Assembly (NCBI RefSeq): GCF_964213995.1
Contig: NC_135809.1
Coordinates: 91,946,001 to 92,010,000 of the forward strand
Direction: 5' to 3'
Length of the DNA stretch: 64,000 nt
From: Mustelus asterias
Lineage: Eukaryota
Positions 62,585-64,000 of this stretch are shown piece by piece. The notes beneath the pieces were generated by a model. That model did not search any database. It had not been told where the DNA came from and saw only the letters and a list, made by a program, of their open reading frames with translations. Position 1 is the first letter of the stretch; every line of letters starts with the position of its first letter. A program made the translations under genes and the position numbers.

Positions 62585-62879
62585 CTTTTGCTACCAAATA
62601 AACCTGTTGGACTTCAACCTGATGTTGTTAGACTTCTTACTGTGTTCACCCCAGTCCAACGCTGGCATCTCCACATCGAGAGAATAGGGCCAATGTTTCA
62701 AGTCAGTGATGGAAGGGTCATCCAGACTTGAAACGGTAGCCCTATTCTGTCTCTACAGATGTTTTAAGACCTGCATTTCTTGTTTCAGATTCCAGCATCC
62801 GCAGTATTTTATCATGGATGAGAGAGGTAACTGTAATACATTGATATGTTTTTAATTCTGTGTCTATGTGGGGCTTCTC

Positions 62880-63150
62880 AGGCTCAGCCCCCTGCGATCG
62901 TCACAGCCCGCACCGAGATGCTAAGTCACAGAGTTGTAGAGCGAAGCTAAGGCCCACCAAGTATAGGCTTCAAACTGAAGACAAGGGAACCCAGTCATTA
63001 CTCTGGGAGCGGGACGGGAAACGGATCTGAGGTAAGGGACGTACTGCGTCAGTTCCGACGCATCACGGCGGTTCCTTGGCTGCCATTGGTTCGGGGAGCA
63101 ACCGCCGCTGAATTTAAAAGTTTAAACGGGTGAGAGCGCGCGGCGGCAGC
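62880..63150 (+). promoter_or_regulatory. CpG-island promoter/first exon of a probable downstream gene (identity unknown)
   Basis: CpG-dense; TGCGTCA and inverted CCAAT (ATTGG near 63085); donor-like GAG|GTAAGG (63032) and CGG|GTGAGA (63130). Confidence 0.5.
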
Positions 63151-63158
63151 TCGGAGCT

Positions 63159-63978
63159 CCGGATCCCCGTCCCGGTGAGCGGCACTCGGTCCCGGATCCC
63201 CGTCCCGGTGAGCGGCACTCGGTCCCGGATCCCCGTCCCGGTGAGCGGCACTCGGTCCCGGATCCCCGTCCCGGTGAGCGGCACTCGGTCCCGGATCCCC
63301 GTCCCGGTGAGCGGCACTCGGTCCCGGATCCCCGTCCCGGTGAGCGGCACTCGGTCCCGGATCCCCGTCCCGGTGAGCGGCACTCGGTCCCGGATCCCCG
63401 TCCCGGTGAGTGGCACTCGGTCCCAGATCCTCCTCCCGGTGAGCGGCGCTCGGTCCCAGATCCTCCTCCCGGTGAGCGGCGCTCGGTCCCAGATCCTCCT
63501 CCCGGTGAGCGGCGCTCGGTTCCGGATCCCCGTCCCGGTGAGCGGCACTCGGTCCCGGATCCCCGTCCCGGTGAGCGGCGCTCGGTCCCGGATCTCCGTC
63601 CCGGTGAGCGGCACTCGATCCCGGATCCTTCTCCCGGTGAGCGGCACTCGGTCCCGGATCCACGTACCGGTGAGCGGCACTCGGTCCCGGATCCTTCTCC
63701 CGGTGAGCGGCACTCGATCGCGGATCCTCCCCCCGGTGAGCGGCACTCGATCGCGGATCCTCCTCCCGGTGAGCGGCACTCCGTCGCGGATCGTCCCCCC
63801 GGTGAGCGGCACTCGGTCCCGGATCCTCCTCCCGGTGAGCGGCACTCGGTCCCGGATCCTCCTCCCGGTGAGCGGCACTCGGTCCCGGATCCTCCTCCCG
63901 GTGAGCGGCAGTCCGTCGCGGATCTGCCCTCCGTTAACGGCGCTCGGTCCCGGATCCTCCCCTCCCCGCGGTGAGCGG
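63159..63978. repeat. 33-bp GC-rich minisatellite, about 24 units (CCGGATCCCCGTCCCGGTGAGCGGCACTCGGTC)
   Basis: Directly visible tandem array; 11-aa periodicity in all overlapping ORFs. Confidence 0.97.
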
Positions 63979-64000
63979 CTGCTCTGTGGCTGACGAGACG

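Larger units (their letters stand above)
62378..62677. mobile_element. Miniature Penelope terminal-repeat fold-back element (300 bp, no ORF)
   Basis: Arms of about 125-135 bp around a loop of about 3 nt at 62503-62505; 37-nt 3' tail; flanking duplication GAGAGAATAGGG at 62366-62377 and 62678-62689. Confidence 0.9.
62314..62810. mobile_element. Second-family PLE fold-back element, interrupted by the 300-bp element
   Basis: The left arm is the reverse complement of the 2907-type tail and resumes at 62678; the right arm 62710-62810 is the sense copy. Confidence 0.75.

Noticed and set aside
63159-63978. CRISPR-like array
   Set aside because: Head-to-tail repeats with no unique spacers, no cas genes, vertebrate context.
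63049-63993. Long ORFs (204-287 aa) on both strands
   Set aside because: By-product of a stop-free 33-bp GC-rich repeat; open in several frames, with no domain.

Overview
Vertebrate genomic DNA, almost certainly from a shark or ray, judged by HE1-type V-SINEs, SacSINE1/Deu-SINE-like copies and elasmobranch-type CR1 LINEs. Two spliced + strand genes could be rebuilt by hand with consistent GT-AG sites and phases. (1) A 3-exon, 271-aa Myb/SANT (trihelix) plus coiled-coil gene of MSANTD/Harbinger-Myb type (CDS 1250-11457). (2) A complete 13-coding-exon, 699-aa PGGHG (ATHL1, GH65 collagen-glycan glucosidase; CDS 25802-59651), with a probable promoter and non-coding exon near 19.4-19.6 kb. The window ends in the CpG-rich 5' region of a probable third gene, followed by a 33-bp GC-rich minisatellite. 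The rest is mostly nested transposons. The most notable signal is about ten hammerhead-ribozyme motifs, from intact to decayed, in two Penelope-like-element (PLE) terminal-repeat families. These include two fold-back insertions bounded by target-site duplications (3.2 kb at 52.6-55.9 kb; 300 bp at 62.4-62.7 kb). The small one is a rod-like, ORF-less unit with hammerheads in both polarities, inserted 2 nt from the predicted cleavage site of another hammerhead element. All calls were read by eye; repeat family names and boundaries are approximate.
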